This document shows, piece after piece, positions 25,772-38,761 of a stretch of 64,000 bases of DNA; position 1 is the stretch's first letter, and every line of letters begins with the position of its first letter. The notes beneath the pieces were generated by a model. The model did not search any database, was not told where the DNA came from, and saw nothing but the letters and a program-made list of their open reading frames with translations. The stretch comes from Haliotis rubra. Its lineage: Eukaryota. The stretch is taken from the NCBI RefSeq assembly GCF_003918875.1, contig NW_025767046.1, positions 3,410,001 to 3,474,000 of the forward strand, in the 5' to 3' direction. Position numbers and translations under genes: made by a program.

Positions 25772-27719
25772 CTACACACCTCTACTTTCAATCCACTCCA
25801 CAGGCTCGACCATTCTTACTTCACTGCCCGTATCATCCTTCACCTTGATCATCATGACCTTGGCCCCCACTCCTACTTCTTTTTCTCTGCAGGGCTTTCC
25901 TTTGTTCTCGCATTTCCTTTCTCTGTGCTTTCTTCTTATTCCTCTTCTCGTTGATCTCCTGAGCTTTCTTCTTTTTCTTCTTCTTCTTTTGAGCCTTACT
26001 TGTACAATTATCATTATTTTGTTTCCTTTGTTTATGCTCCTTGGGAGTTTCACCCTCTCTTGCATCACTGTTATCTCCTCTGATGACCTTTCTGTCATGT
26101 GAGTCCTTACTATCTTTGTCCTTGTCCTTAGAAGACAAACTATCCTTCCTGACCATGTCATCCTCAGAAGCTTCTCTATCCTTCCTGGGCATGTCATCCT
26201 CAGAAGCCTCTCTAGCCTTCCTGGGCATGTCTTTGTCTTTTTTTGAAGACTCACTTTCCTTCCAATGTGATGTCCTGACATCACTACATTTCCCAGAATT
26301 CCTACTCCTATCCCTTTTACGTTTTCTGGATCTTTCACAATCAATACTGTCCCTTCTGATATCATGCCTTGTCTCACCTGTATCCCTGGCAGGCCTTTCA
26401 TAGAGAACTTTATTACTTCTGCACACATTATCCATATGTTTTGTCCTGCTTCTGCTCTCACTAGATCCACCTCTACTGCCCCTGTCCACACTACCTATCC
26501 TGTCACCACTTTTCCGTCTCTGCCTCTTTCCACTGTCCATGTGTTTCCTGGACCTTCTGCTCTCGGCATCCATCTCCCCTGAGTCAGTATCACTAACCTT
26601 CTTGTTGTCCCGATAGTGTCTCTGGGCTGACTTCTTAAATGGTTTTATATGAATCATCGGACACTCTGTATGACCTGCTTTGCCCTCCTCCACTCGTCCA
26701 TCTCCTTCCTCTGCTCCACCACCAACAGTTGCCATCTTGGTTTCCTGCCCAGATTTATCATTTTCTGCTTCATCTCTGGACACTTTCTTGCTTTCATTAT
26801 CTGACCTATCGCTACCTTTATCAGCTATTGTATTTTCAGAGTCCATTTTCTCACATGAAGCATGTTCTGTGTGTGGAATGTCGGAGATCTGGGTTTCAAC
26901 AACAGTTGGAAACAAATCTTCACTCTCTCCCTTCTCAGCCTCACCACCTTCTTTCTCAGCTTTCCCACTTTCTCCTTTTGTGTTCATAACCAAATGGTCA
27001 TCTTTCTTACTTTCGTGATGTTCACTTTTTTCCTTCCTCATCTTCTTACCTGTCTCAAGTTCGTCTCCATCAATATCATGTTCACCTCCATGAAGAGGCT
27101 TCTCTGTCACTGTGTCATCTTGGAGCATCTCCATGTCCCTGTCTTCTCTTCTCTGGTTGTCCCCTATCTGTTCCTCACTCCCTGTCCTTGTCTCACCATG
27201 TTTGCTATGTCTGACACTAGTGGACAGTCTTTTTCCATCTTCAGTGTCATAACTCTTCTGTTGCTGGCCACCAAGCTCCCCACTCCCATTGCCTTCAGAT
27301 ATCACCTTCGAGTGCATGCACCCACCATCTGTATCAGTGTCAATACTCATCCTTTCTTTGCTATGCCTGTCAGTGTCACCTTGTCTCTCTCCTCTTCCTG
27401 ACACTGCTCCATAGTCCTCGTTATCCCTTGAATACAAAGCTCAGCTGTCTTGTTCTTTCTGACCATTCCTTTCAAATCCTCACTTTTGCTTGAAATACTG
27501 CTGTCATTATGTTTCTTCCTCCTATCCTGTCTCTCAAGTGACGCTTCACTGCTACTATTACGTTCTTCATTCTTGTTCTGGACAACTTTTCTGCTCTTCT
27601 TCTTTTTCTTGTTCTTCAAATGCTTTTCAGATTTGAAAGTCTGACACATCACACTGCTGCTTCCTCTGTCACTATTCTCACCGGAACTGCTGCTATCACT
27701 ATCGCTATCTGTCTCCTCG
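25772..27719 (-). pseudogene. Frame-disrupted S/D/E/K/R-rich C-terminal extension of NADAR paralog 1
   Basis: Protein-like low-complexity reading continues past the 27720 stop in a second frame (EEYENTDEETDSDSDSSSSGE...KNKKKKKSRK, to about 27440), then in another frame (ORF 25833-27437, 534 aa, no ATG at its start). No good splice acceptor is visible between the segments. Confidence 0.55.
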
Positions 27720-30700
27720 TCAGTATTTTCGTATTCTTCTTATTCTTCTGGATTCCTTCTTCCTGTTTCTCTCACACTTTCTCTCCTTCTCTATCTCCAC
27801 TGACCTCTCACTATCTCTCCTACTGTAACTGTCCTGGCCATCTGTCCTCTGTTTCTTTCTGGCTGGACTTCTACTCCGGCCACAATCACTATCCCTTTCA
27901 CTATCTCTCCTACAGCCAGCTACCCTCGAATCCATCTTCTGTTCCTTAGAAACAGGGCTACTTTGTGTAATCAGACAGCTCTCACTATCCCTCCTGCTGG
28001 AGCTTGCTTGAGAGTCTGTCTTCTGTTTATGTGTGACAGGGCTTTTATGAGTACTGCCACCACTATTATATTCCTTGTCATCTAAATGTCCATCTTGTCT
28101 CATCAGGTTGTCTCTCACCTTGGTGATGATTTGTCCAAGCAGGTTTTGACCCTGCCATGTTCGCTCGTCCCAAGCCCGGGGGTCATTCTTGTGTAAGGCA
28201 ATTCCCCAAGTGGCATCGTAGGGACTGGCCTCCACCATCAGTCGAGGTGCTGTGGCAAACAGCTTTTTCTTTAGGTGGGGATTTTGGGAAAACTGGAAAC
28301 ATAATAGAAATATGTTACTTATGCTTGCCTGAAGAGTTCCTTTGTTTTGTCAGCACATTCTATTCCTTGAAGACTTGGTTTATTATATTTTTTTATTTCA
28401 AAGGAAATTAAAACAATCCTGGCTTCAAGAAGTGAGTGAGTATCGTTTTAGCAATATTCCAGCAATATCACAGCGGTGGACACCAGAAATGGCCTCCACA
28501 CATTGTACCATGGAGGGAATCAAACTCGGGTCTTTGGCTTGTCAAGCAAACACTTAAACCACTAGGCTACCCCACCTCCCCCTGGTTTCTAGACAAATAT
28601 ATGTTATATTCTATTTATCTTCTCTGAAACATTATCTGCTACCATGTGCTCAGTAGACTAAACATGGGTCATTTAGCCATGATAGTCAGTTTTATTCAAT
28701 TCATTCCTAAACACTGTGTTACATATCTTGTCAGTTTGTAAGTGTGTTAGTGTATATCCTACAACATCCTGTCCACATCACAGTTGCCTGTAGTAATCTA
28801 GTGTGCACTTCATTTGTGAGTGAGTGAGTGAGTGAGTGAGTATAGTTTTACGCTACTTTTAGCAATATTCCAGCTAGTGATGTTCCGATGATCGAAAATC
28901 GATCGAAAGAAGGATTAAAAGTGATTATCGATTGTAAAAAATACATTTTCTATTAATCAGAATTTTGTTGCTTTTGTATAACACCCTTGAATGAAGTAAA
29001 CTAACCATCAAATCTGAAAAATATTCACGAACAAACATGCGCTCAACAGCGTAAAGCTATGCACATTGTAAAATTTTAACCACTTTTACTGTTTACAATT
29101 CCAGTGTCTTTCTTGTGTGCATTTCATTGCATGACAGCATTAGTTAGAAAAAAACTGGGGAAAAACCCTTAAAATTGGTGATTACATTAAAAATGTATAT
29201 ATTTCGATTACAATCGATAATCGTTCACCACAATCCTCCAATAATCGATAGTGGATTTGGTTTCCGATTCCCAACGCTAATTCCAGCAATATCATGTTGG
29301 GGACACCTGAAATAGGATTCACACACTGTACCCATGTGGGAAATCGAACCCGGGTATTCAGCATGACGAGGGAATGCTTTAACCACTTGGCTACCCCACC
29401 TCCCCTTTGCTAGTTGTCAACCTACAATATATTATGTCGATGCAGTATTGTTATACATTTATGAATACTGTGATTGAATAATTAATTGCCCTGTAAGAGG
29501 CGACTAACAGGATCAAGTGGTCCGGCTTGCTGGCTTGGTTGACACATGTCATCGGTTCCCAATTGCACAGAACGATGCTCATGCTGTTGATCACTGGCTG
29601 TCTGGTCCAGACTCGGTTATTTACAGACGGCCGCCATATAGCTGGAATATTGCTAATTGTAAACCAAAAGCCACTGTGTTCTTTAATCTGATTGGTTGAA
29701 AAACATGATCAAATGGTATTAGATTCCCGGAAATTCGCTGCGTATTAATACATACAAACATCGCTCACACCATTGTATTGTTACGTCGTCAGCTGTGATG
29801 ACGTCATAAAATCATATTGTGACGTAAAGTCCAAATGACGTCACAAATGAGCAGTTCCAGATGCTACCATGGGAGACAGCCGAAATGGCCGTCTGATGAC
29901 ATTTCACTGCTGTACCCGTACTCGATGTCAATGAATGCAGACACAAAAACGTGTGTGGACCTTCTGGTTTACTTTTGTGTTTACAATGTCGATAAACATC
30001 ATGTGTTGGCTGACGCCGTCTGTTCCAAATGAATTCCCGTGCTTCAAATACTCAATAACACCCGGAAATTGGCCAACACATGATGTTTATCTCCTAAGTG
30101 CGACGTAAAACTAAACTCACTCACTCACTCACACATTAATTGCCACTATAATTTTATATTACAAGATCATCATAGTTAAAATGAACAAAAGGCCATCTGA
30201 TGTATCAGCCTAGGAACTTTTTCATGTATTCACACAAAGAATAACTAATCTTGTTACTAAGAGTAAATACATATATCAATAACTGAAGTTTCCAATCAAT
30301 AACATTCCTAATGCTAAGCTGATCATGAGTTAGTCAGTGGGTATGTTTTGCAAAACTTCTCACAATATTCAATACAATATCACAGGAGAGGGCACCAGCT
30401 TCACGCATTGCACCAATATGGGGAATCAAACATGGGCCTTCAGTGTGACGATTAAACACTTGAACCACTAGGCTACCCTTCCGCCTCAAGTGTATTTTGC
30501 TGCATCTACAGACTGACCTTTGCCATGTTGCCCTTCTCCACGACCTCCTTGCTGTGCTGCATCCATGTGTCAAAGTTGAAGTTCTGGATCTGCTTGCCCA
30601 GACGCTTCTGTTCCTTGGGATCCCGGGAATTCAGTATCTTCTCCTCAATATCCTTGTCTTCAAAAAGAGCTGGAAAATGGAAAGTATGACAACTGCATGT

Positions 30701-33167
30701 AGATTTCATAAGGCTCTGTAGCTTACTGGACCATTTTATTTGCAGTTTTACAGATTATGTTATCTGAAACTTAAACATGTTAAATCTAAAGGTCATGTGT
30801 GCATAAAACGCTTATGAGTGAGTGAGTGAGTTTAGTATTACAGCACTTGTAGCAATATTACAGCATTGCACACCAGACATGGGCTTCACACATTGTGCCC
30901 TTGTGGGGAATTGAACCCGGGTCTTCGGCATGACGAGTGAATGCCTTAACCACTCAGCTACCCAACTGCCCCTAAAAACACTTATGATACTCAATTAGCA
31001 GTTTTATGCATAATATATCAACAAGAGTCATCAGAAGATGACATATCCCCCCAGCCCCCACATATTTGAAAGAACAAATCATCTGACAGTTAGTTTAAAA
31101 GTCCAAATCGTTTCCATGGAAATCATGAGAAATATAAATGCCAAAAATCTGTAAATAGCAAAAGGCACCATTTCAAAATTTGCCTAATATATCTGCGAAG
31201 TTCTGTTGAAAGATACTGAACGCTTTTCGAGTTGTGCACTGGAAATGAAGCCCACCCCTCCCTTTTGGGTCTAAGTCCTAATCGTTTCCCTTGAAACCAG
31301 GTAAAATATACATGCCAAAAATCTGCCAAATAGCAAAAGGCACCACTTTGGCATCTGTCTCACACATCTGCCAAGTTTTGCTGAAAGATATTAAGAAGTT
31401 TTCCAGTTGTGCAAAAGGCACCACTTAAGGTTCTGTTTGATATATCTACCAAGTTTTGTTGAAAAATATTGAATGGTTTTTTAGTTGTGCTCTGGAAACA
31501 AAGCCCACCCCCCCTTTAAGACTAAGTCAAAAACTTTTCCATGGAAACCAAGCAAAATAAAAATGACAAAAATCTGTAAATAGCAAAAGGCACCACCTTA
31601 GGTTCTGTTTGATATTTCTAACAATTGTGAATTGGAGAGTAGTGGTTAGAGCGTCCGCCTGGAGAGCGGAAGGTCGCGGGTTCGATCCCCGACCGCGTCA
31701 TACCAAAAGACGTTAAAATATGGTACTTGTTGGTCCCTGCCTGGCGCTCGGCAGTAATGGGTACAACAAGGACTGGTCGGCTCGGAGTCAGTATAATGTG
31801 TCTGAGTGGGGTATTCATGCTTCACTGCGGCATGGTATCTCAGTGGGCTAGCACTATAAAACCAGCTTAAGTCTGGGTTAGTGCAAGCAGCCGCAATTGC
31901 ACATACACATACACACGCATGCACGTCGTCATATGAGCGAAATATTCTCAAGCACGACGTAAAACCCAATTTCACCTCACCTTCTACTAATTTTTGTTGA
32001 AAAATATTGAACGGTTTTGGAGTTATGCTCTGGAAACAAAATGATTACGGACGGACGGATGGACAGACGAGGCGATGACTATATCCCCCCACATTACATG
32101 CCGGGTGGATAAAAAGCAATTGAAAACTCAGCCTGACCCAAGTAGGTATTTTCAGATAGCAGCTAAACAATTTTTAAATACGCGACTCAGTAAGACTCTC
32201 AGTAGTAGGACTGGGGCATGTCTCTACATCTCTACGTCATGTTTACAAGCCTTAAGTTTACTATAGATGTGGGTTTTCAAGCTTTCAGAGAAATAAAATA
32301 AATCAGCAATTAACGATATTGAGTGATACAGAACAGAAATTATAGTTTTAATACATAACACACATTCTACAATTTTTATCAATTTCATTACTCTTTCATC
32401 CATTCTCAAAGTGTAGGATGCAATAATTTGTGCCAGGTAAAATCCAGGCAGAAAATTACAGAAATTTTGCCTCTGCTGATACACTAAATATTTCATCTTA
32501 ACAAAAACACTTGCTTCACAGATATAACAAAATATGGATTGCAGATTCATTGTGCATTTTATCAGTTTGAAATGGTGAAATTTGAAAAAGCGTTTAAACA
32601 AAATTTATGTCATCATATTCTGTGTTTACACAGCAATAAAATTGAAATGGCCTTTCATTATTTTAATTCTGTGTATAACAAACTTGTTTTCTGAATGTTA
32701 GAAGAAATTAAATTAAATGAGAACGGCAGATTCATAGTGCAGAGCAATTTTTTTTCAGTTGGAAATGGTGAACAATTTACCAGAATTCAATTACATGTAC
32801 TTCATTTAGGTAAGGCTTTTACCAAAAACAATATTATCAGAAGCGGTCGTAAAATGCAAGCACCGGTCGCAAATGTTTGTCAACATCAACCTGTCAACTC
32901 ACCTGCCTTCCTGTACATGTAATACTGCTCTGCACAGTTGAATTCTTTGCCGTCAACTGTGAACTTGACCGGGTGATGTTGACTGAAAGGCGACTGCCAG
33001 CCAAAGAACAGTTCATATTTCTGTGACGGTCTTCCAGGGAACCTATCACCGCGGTGAAAGTTGTGCCTGTAGGGTGATCCTGCTTGAAAGTAACTTTCAC
33101 TTCTGCGTCGTTTGGATGGATCAACCTCGACATATTCACCGTCCCACTTCCGTTTACGACTTGACAT
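27720..33167 (-). CDS. NADAR/YbiA-family N-glycosidase paralog 1 (3 exons, ~329 aa as assembled; disrupted coding-like tail follows)
   Basis: Exons 33167-32903 (265 nt, donor GTGAGT), 30669-30518 (152 nt, acceptor tttccAG, donor GTCAGT) and 28292-27720 splice in frame. Motifs: FFGWQSPFSQHH, FNCAEQYYMYRKA, PKEQKRLGKQIQNF, KFSQNPHL, EASPYDATWGI, WQGQNLLGQII. Confidence 0.9.
28875..29279. mobile_element. hAT-type MITE with 8-bp TSD nested in a family A SINE
   Basis: TSD ATTCCAGC at 28867-28874 and 29280-29287; TAG...CTA termini. Confidence 0.75.
31020..32115 (+). mobile_element. Helentron/HINE (pearl-like) non-autonomous element with internal tandem repeats
   Basis: 5' acaagag; internal repeats containing aaatagcaaaaggcaccac; (GACG)n microsatellite; 3' C-rich/G-rich hairpin followed by an A run. 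Confidence 0.55.
31630..31985 (+). mobile_element. tRNA-derived SINE family C (Meta-domain-like), nested; fragments at 14650-14735(-), 52790-52860(+), 53390-53833(+)
   Basis: A/B boxes (AGTGGTTAGAGC, GGTTCGATCCC), central GTCATACCAAAAGACGTTAAAATATGGTACTTGTTGGTCCCTGCCTGGCGCTCGGCA block, (ACCTC)n tail. Confidence 0.75.
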
Positions 33168-35099
33168 TAGTTTTGATTGCTGTTCTAATTTCGGGCAGTT
33201 ATTTTTCAGTTCGCTTGTTACACCGTAAGAGTCTACATCATGAGTATCACTGACAATGCACGTGCAGAATCTAGAACCCAGAATCCACAGAGCCTAGCGC
33301 CATGTCCTGTTGGGGATGGGAGGTAACTCGGTAGGGATGTTTCCGCGAATTTGTGACGATTGCGAATAATTTTTCCGAGAATAGACCGGGAAGAATAGTT
33401 TCGATTAGGGAGATATAGACAAGGTTGTGTTAACATTAACCCGACAAAACCCAATTTACTTATCTGAAATAGATATTGAGACCCTAAACCTGATCTGACA
33501 TGAATCCAAAGGCAATGCAACCAATCGGTCACACAGACCCTGAAACAAATATACCCAATACAGCCCTTGCAAGTCTAGAATATGCGATATGTTTAGATTA
33601 CCATTTATCATCCAAAACTGTGTTCCACTGGAGATATTGCTAGTGTCCAAGGATGGATCAATGGAATCTCCTTGAGATATCGATTTGACAAGGCCCTGTA
33701 CAATGCCCTGACGTCATCAATTACATGAGATCACAATGCTTTGACAACATCAATTACATGACTCACAAAGCTATGACGTGAAAAACATGATGACATCATA
33801 ATGCTATGACGTCACAAACATGATGACGTCACAATGCTATGAAACCGCTTCACTGCAATTCTAATGGCAATACCATGTTCAAAGATGTACATTTTGCATT
33901 GAAAACTAATGACGATGGGTTTTGATGATAAATAGAATCTCACACTCGCTGATATAAGTAAAAATATCCTCGTCACGCCTAGCGATCGGATATTTGTCAC
34001 TTTATCAACTCGCGTTGACATAACTGATATCGGCAGACACTTGGGTGAGATTTCTTTTATCATCCAAAACTGTGCGTCACGATGTTGATTACATCACAAT
34101 GCTATGATGACATAAGCTGATGACGTCATAATGCTATGGCCTCACTGAGATCACTGCTCCAGAAGGCTAAATGGCAGTTTTGTGTTCAGATAAATTCATT
34201 CTTTTACTGAAAACTGTTGAAGAATGAGTTTGGATGATAATTTAAAAATCTCACCCTCGTGTCTTCTGATATCAAATATATCAACACTCGTTGATTAAAT
34301 TAAAAATATTTGTAACTTTAATCAACTCGTGTTAATATATTTGATATCAGAAGACACTTGGGTGAGATTTTCTATATGCACAGTTTCATGAAGAAATGTC
34401 TTTGTGCACCTTTTTATTATATTTCATGAAAATAATTACGACTGTATTTTTCCGGTAAAATGTATTCATTTAGGAGACTAAATGTTAGTCTACAATGCAA
34501 CGTGCAGTGCTAAGTACGGCTTACCCATATCATCAGAAACGAGGATCGTTTGAAGATTTGTCACGTAACCAACTTCTCAGTATTCTACTTCCGCTTTCTT
34601 AGTTAGGAACAATGTGTGAAGCAGAATTCTGATGCCCCAGTGATAGTGTTGGAATTTTGCTAAAAGTGCCAACAAAAAAAGCAAATATTCTCAATTACAC
34701 ACTTACATTCAGGAAATGTCTAACGAGACTCCTTCAATAGGATACATTGAGTGAGTGAGTTTAGTTTTACGCCGCACTCTGCAATATTCCAGCTATATGG
34801 CGGTAGTCTGTAAATAGTCGAGTCTGGACCAGACAATCCAGTGATCAACAGCATGAGCATCGATCGGCGCAACTGGGAACCGATGACATGTGTCAACCAA
34901 GTCAGCGAGCCTTACCACCCGATCCCGTTAGTCGCCTCTTACGACAAGCATGGGTTGTCTAACCCGGACCTTCACGGGTCAGTAGGATACAACTCGTCTT
35001 GATAATGTGATAATATGTAACAACCGAATCCATCAAGACAGCTAGAGTTCAACATAAATTACCCAACTATAACTGACATATCGCTGTAGGTACTAACAA

Positions 35100-35262
35100 C
35101 GTTATCAAGCAAGTGATACAAAGAGTTGATATCAGCCTACTCTGCTCAAATCACTAATTAGAAGTGCAATGTATATCAACTTTGTCAGTTGCATATACTC
35201 TCTATGCAGCTATATGTATATATTCTCCTTGTTTCAACTCTTTTTATCACTTGCTCGATAAC
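35100..35262. mobile_element. Small MITE with ~30-bp TIR
   Basis: cgttatcaagcaagtgatacaaagagttga / tcaactctttttatcacttgctcgataacg. Confidence 0.6.
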
Positions 35263-36053
35263 GGTGGCACTCATTGCAATAAAGAAGTTGACTATTCATA
35301 GAACTTGGTTTTCCTTCACCTATACAACTTCTAAAATGCCTCACAAAGATTTTTAAAGAGAAAGTTGGTGTTGAAGAACGCTATGTCACATTTATTAAAA
35401 CAACAGCGACAAAACAACAATTAAAACACTATGTAAACTTCATTTTCACATTTATGGAATATGGACAAATGTGTTTTGTACTTTGATAGATATCAGAAAA
35501 TGGACATGCAACTAATAATAAGAGAGGAGGCTTAATGCCCTGCGACCATCTTCATTTTAGTAAATATATCACATGGGTCAGCGAATTTGTTATTTGTTTA
35601 TTGTTTAACGCCACACCCAGCTGTTTTCCAGCTATATGACGGCGGTCTGTAAACAATTTAGTATGGACCATACAATCCAGTGATTGACATCATGATCATC
35701 GATCTGTTTTATTCCAAAACGTGCCTTACCTCATTCCAGTTAAACAGAGCTTAAAAAAAATATATTATTACTCTCAGGTAAGTCATTGTTATATTCTTTA
35801 TTGTAAACTTCACTTGTATGTTGGACATACTTCTTAAAGGATGTTTTAAAATCAGAGAGGTAAAATACCATAGCAGCAGCAACAACAAACGAACTCTACC
35901 GTAGCGCTAAAAAGATTAGAAGAAGAGGAGGGGAGGGTAGAATAAGAGTTATCGTTCTTGTTGGAAGTCGTTCTCGTGTTCAAACGCCACTATGGAATCC
36001 TTCGAGAGGGGCACTAGTCTCGGTTTGGCTTGTGTCGGAAGGACACGAGTTGG

Positions 36054-38761
36054 TCACGAATGATACACGGTATCTTTGTCGACTCGGACAACCATCCCTA
36101 TATATTTGTCTTCTTCATTAAGATATACTCGTCTGTCGGGCCTCTCTGTGTCATACCCACCCCTCTCACTATCCCCTCTGCTGTAATGTCCTCGATTATG
36201 TGTCTCTTGTTTTTCTGTGTCCATGTTTCTTGGTCGGTCCTGTCTGGGAAAAGGCTTGTTTTGGTTTTTTCGTTTCTTTTTCTTCTTTTTCTTCTTTTTC
36301 TTTTGCCTGCCTGTTCCCTCTTGTCCGCTGTTGTCACTGTCCCTTGTCTGTGACAACTGCCCAGGGTCATCTGGACACCCACTGCTGCTCGCCAATTGTC
36401 CGGAACCCCTTCCCTGACGTAAGTTCTGCCAGCTCACTCTTCTTCTGTCCATGTTGTCATTACTGGTACATTGGAACCCATCTGAACTATCCCCTGTAGA
36501 GCTGTAATCTGTCTTTTCCATACTTCCCCCTTCTTCGCCAACCAGAACTCCGTCTTGTCTCATCAGGTTGTCTCTCACCTTGGTGATGATTTGTCCAAGC
36601 AGGTTTTGACCCTGCCATGTCCGCTCGTCCCAAGCCCGGGGGTCATTCTTGTGTAAGGCAATTCCCCAAGTGGCATCGTAGGGACTGGCCTCCACCATCA
36701 GTCGAGGTGCTGTGGCAAACAGCTTTTCCTTCAGGTGGGGATTTTGGGAAAACTGGAAACATGATAGAAATATCTTACATGAACTGAAAAGTAAGAATAT
36801 CATATATATTGTTTGCTGTTTAGGGCCGCATTCGTCAGTTTCCCCGCTTTTACGACGGCGGTCAGTAAATATTCGAGTCTGAATTTAAACGAACGTCAAC
36901 ATTTGAAACTGCCCTACATTGCCACACAGTTAAAAGATATTGGTATGGAACACTACATCTCAAGAGTAGTCAGTTGGGCCGTGCCCATGCCCTCGAAATC
37001 CGAGTACAGGAACCAAGAACGGAAATTCAGTTACAGTGTTACAGTGACCGTGTTTGTTTGTTGTTTTACGCCGCACAGCAGTTCAGCAATTTACCAGCTA
37101 TATGACGGCGGTTAGCAGATAATCGAGTCTGGACCAGACAATCCAGTGACTGATATCATGGGTATCGATCTGCGCAACTGGGATACGATGGCCTGCAGCA
37201 ACCAGATCAGCGAGCCTGACCATCCGATCCTGTTACTCGCCTCTTATAGGCATGGGTTCCTGAAGTCCTGAAGTCCAGTAGTTTAGATTTCCACAGGTCT
37301 ATCACAGGTATCAGATTCCATATTGCAACAATTCTGGTTTGTAGGTGGACATGTAATTTTGTGATGATCTCCCAAATATTACCTGAATATGTAAGACATT
37401 GTCATCTACCGATGCTCTAGTGAGACAATTTAGAATCCAAACCTGGTGTAGTTTTTCCAAATATTGCTTGAATCAATCCATCAGATATTTATTCCTATGC
37501 TTTTGTCCTTCACGGTGGGAACAGAAGGTTGTTTTTTGTTGTAACCTTTCAATAATTCAGGAAGTTTTACGTCCTTGGGTCTTTTGATATTTTAAAACCA
37601 ATGACTAGATTTTTTTTGGAAAATAGAAATGCTGTGTCAGGTGACATTTTCACTGCATCTGTTCACGTGCAGTCAGCATTTCAGTCCTTAATGGATGGTA
37701 AGTGCATCATGAGTTAGTGAGTGAGTATGGTTTTACGTTGATTTTAGCAGTGTTCCGGCAATATCATGGCGGAGGACACCAGACATGGGCTTCACAAATT
37801 GTACCCATGTTGGGAATCGAACACGGGTCTTCAGCGTGACGAGCGGACACTTTAACCATGTGGCTACCCCACCGGCCCATGAGTTAGTGAGTGGGTATGG
37901 TTTTACAAGGCTGTTAGCAACATTCATTTCAATATCATTGAACCATGCACTTGGCTACCCTTCCACCTCAAGTGTATTTTGCCGCATCTACAGACTGACC
38001 TTTGCCATGTTGCCCTTCTCCACGACCTCCTTGCTGTGCTGCATCCACGTGTCAAAGTCGAAGTTCTGGATCTGCTTGCCCAGACGCTTCTGTTCCTTGG
38101 GATCCCAGGAATTCATTATCTTCTCCTGAATATTCTTGTCTTTAAAAAGAGCTGGAAAATGCAAATAAAAATGTCTTGAGTGAGTTAGGGATTTCACTGC
38201 TGGGGGCAGATTACAGACAATTTGGTTTGTTGAGGCAGAAAACGTTTCACGTGAATAAAAGAGGACGTTTTACAGATACGCACATCTAGTACATATCTGC
38301 CCATGTTGAAAATCTTCATGTGGTTTGAACCTTACAACAGACCACATAAATTAACATTATAACATGCAGTTAATTTATATTTCCCATAAAAGGAAAATAC
38401 TTTTAAGTGCCTGTATACAGTTTACGATTGGAAAATTCTACTTGAAACTGCATTTTAGTGTCGCAAATGTTTGTCAACATCAACCTGTCAACCCACCTGC
38501 CTTCCTGTACATGTAATACTGCTCTGCACAGTTGAATTCTTTGCCGTCAACTGTGAACTTGACTGGGTGGTGTTGACTGAAAGGTGACTGCCAGCCAAAG
38601 AACAGTTCATATTTCTGCGACGGTCTTCCAGGGAATCTATCACCGCGGTGAAAGTTGTGTCTGTTGGGTGATCCTGCTTGAAAGTAACTTTCACTTCTGC
38701 GTCGTTTGGATGGATCAACCTCGACATATTTACCGTCCCACTTCCGTTTGCGACTTGACAT
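36054..38761 (-). CDS. NADAR/YbiA-family N-glycosidase paralog 2 (3 exons, ~371 aa)
   Basis: Exons 38761-38497 (265 nt, donor GTGGGT), 38151-38000 (152 nt) and 36752-36054 splice in frame. Nearly identical to paralog 1 up to LMRQDG, then a different tail with a poly-Lys tract. Confidence 0.92.

Noticed and set aside
25833-27437. 534-aa ORF as an independent gene
   Set aside because: TTG start, no acceptor or promoter, and compositionally continuous with the NADAR1 last exon; treated as a disrupted tail.
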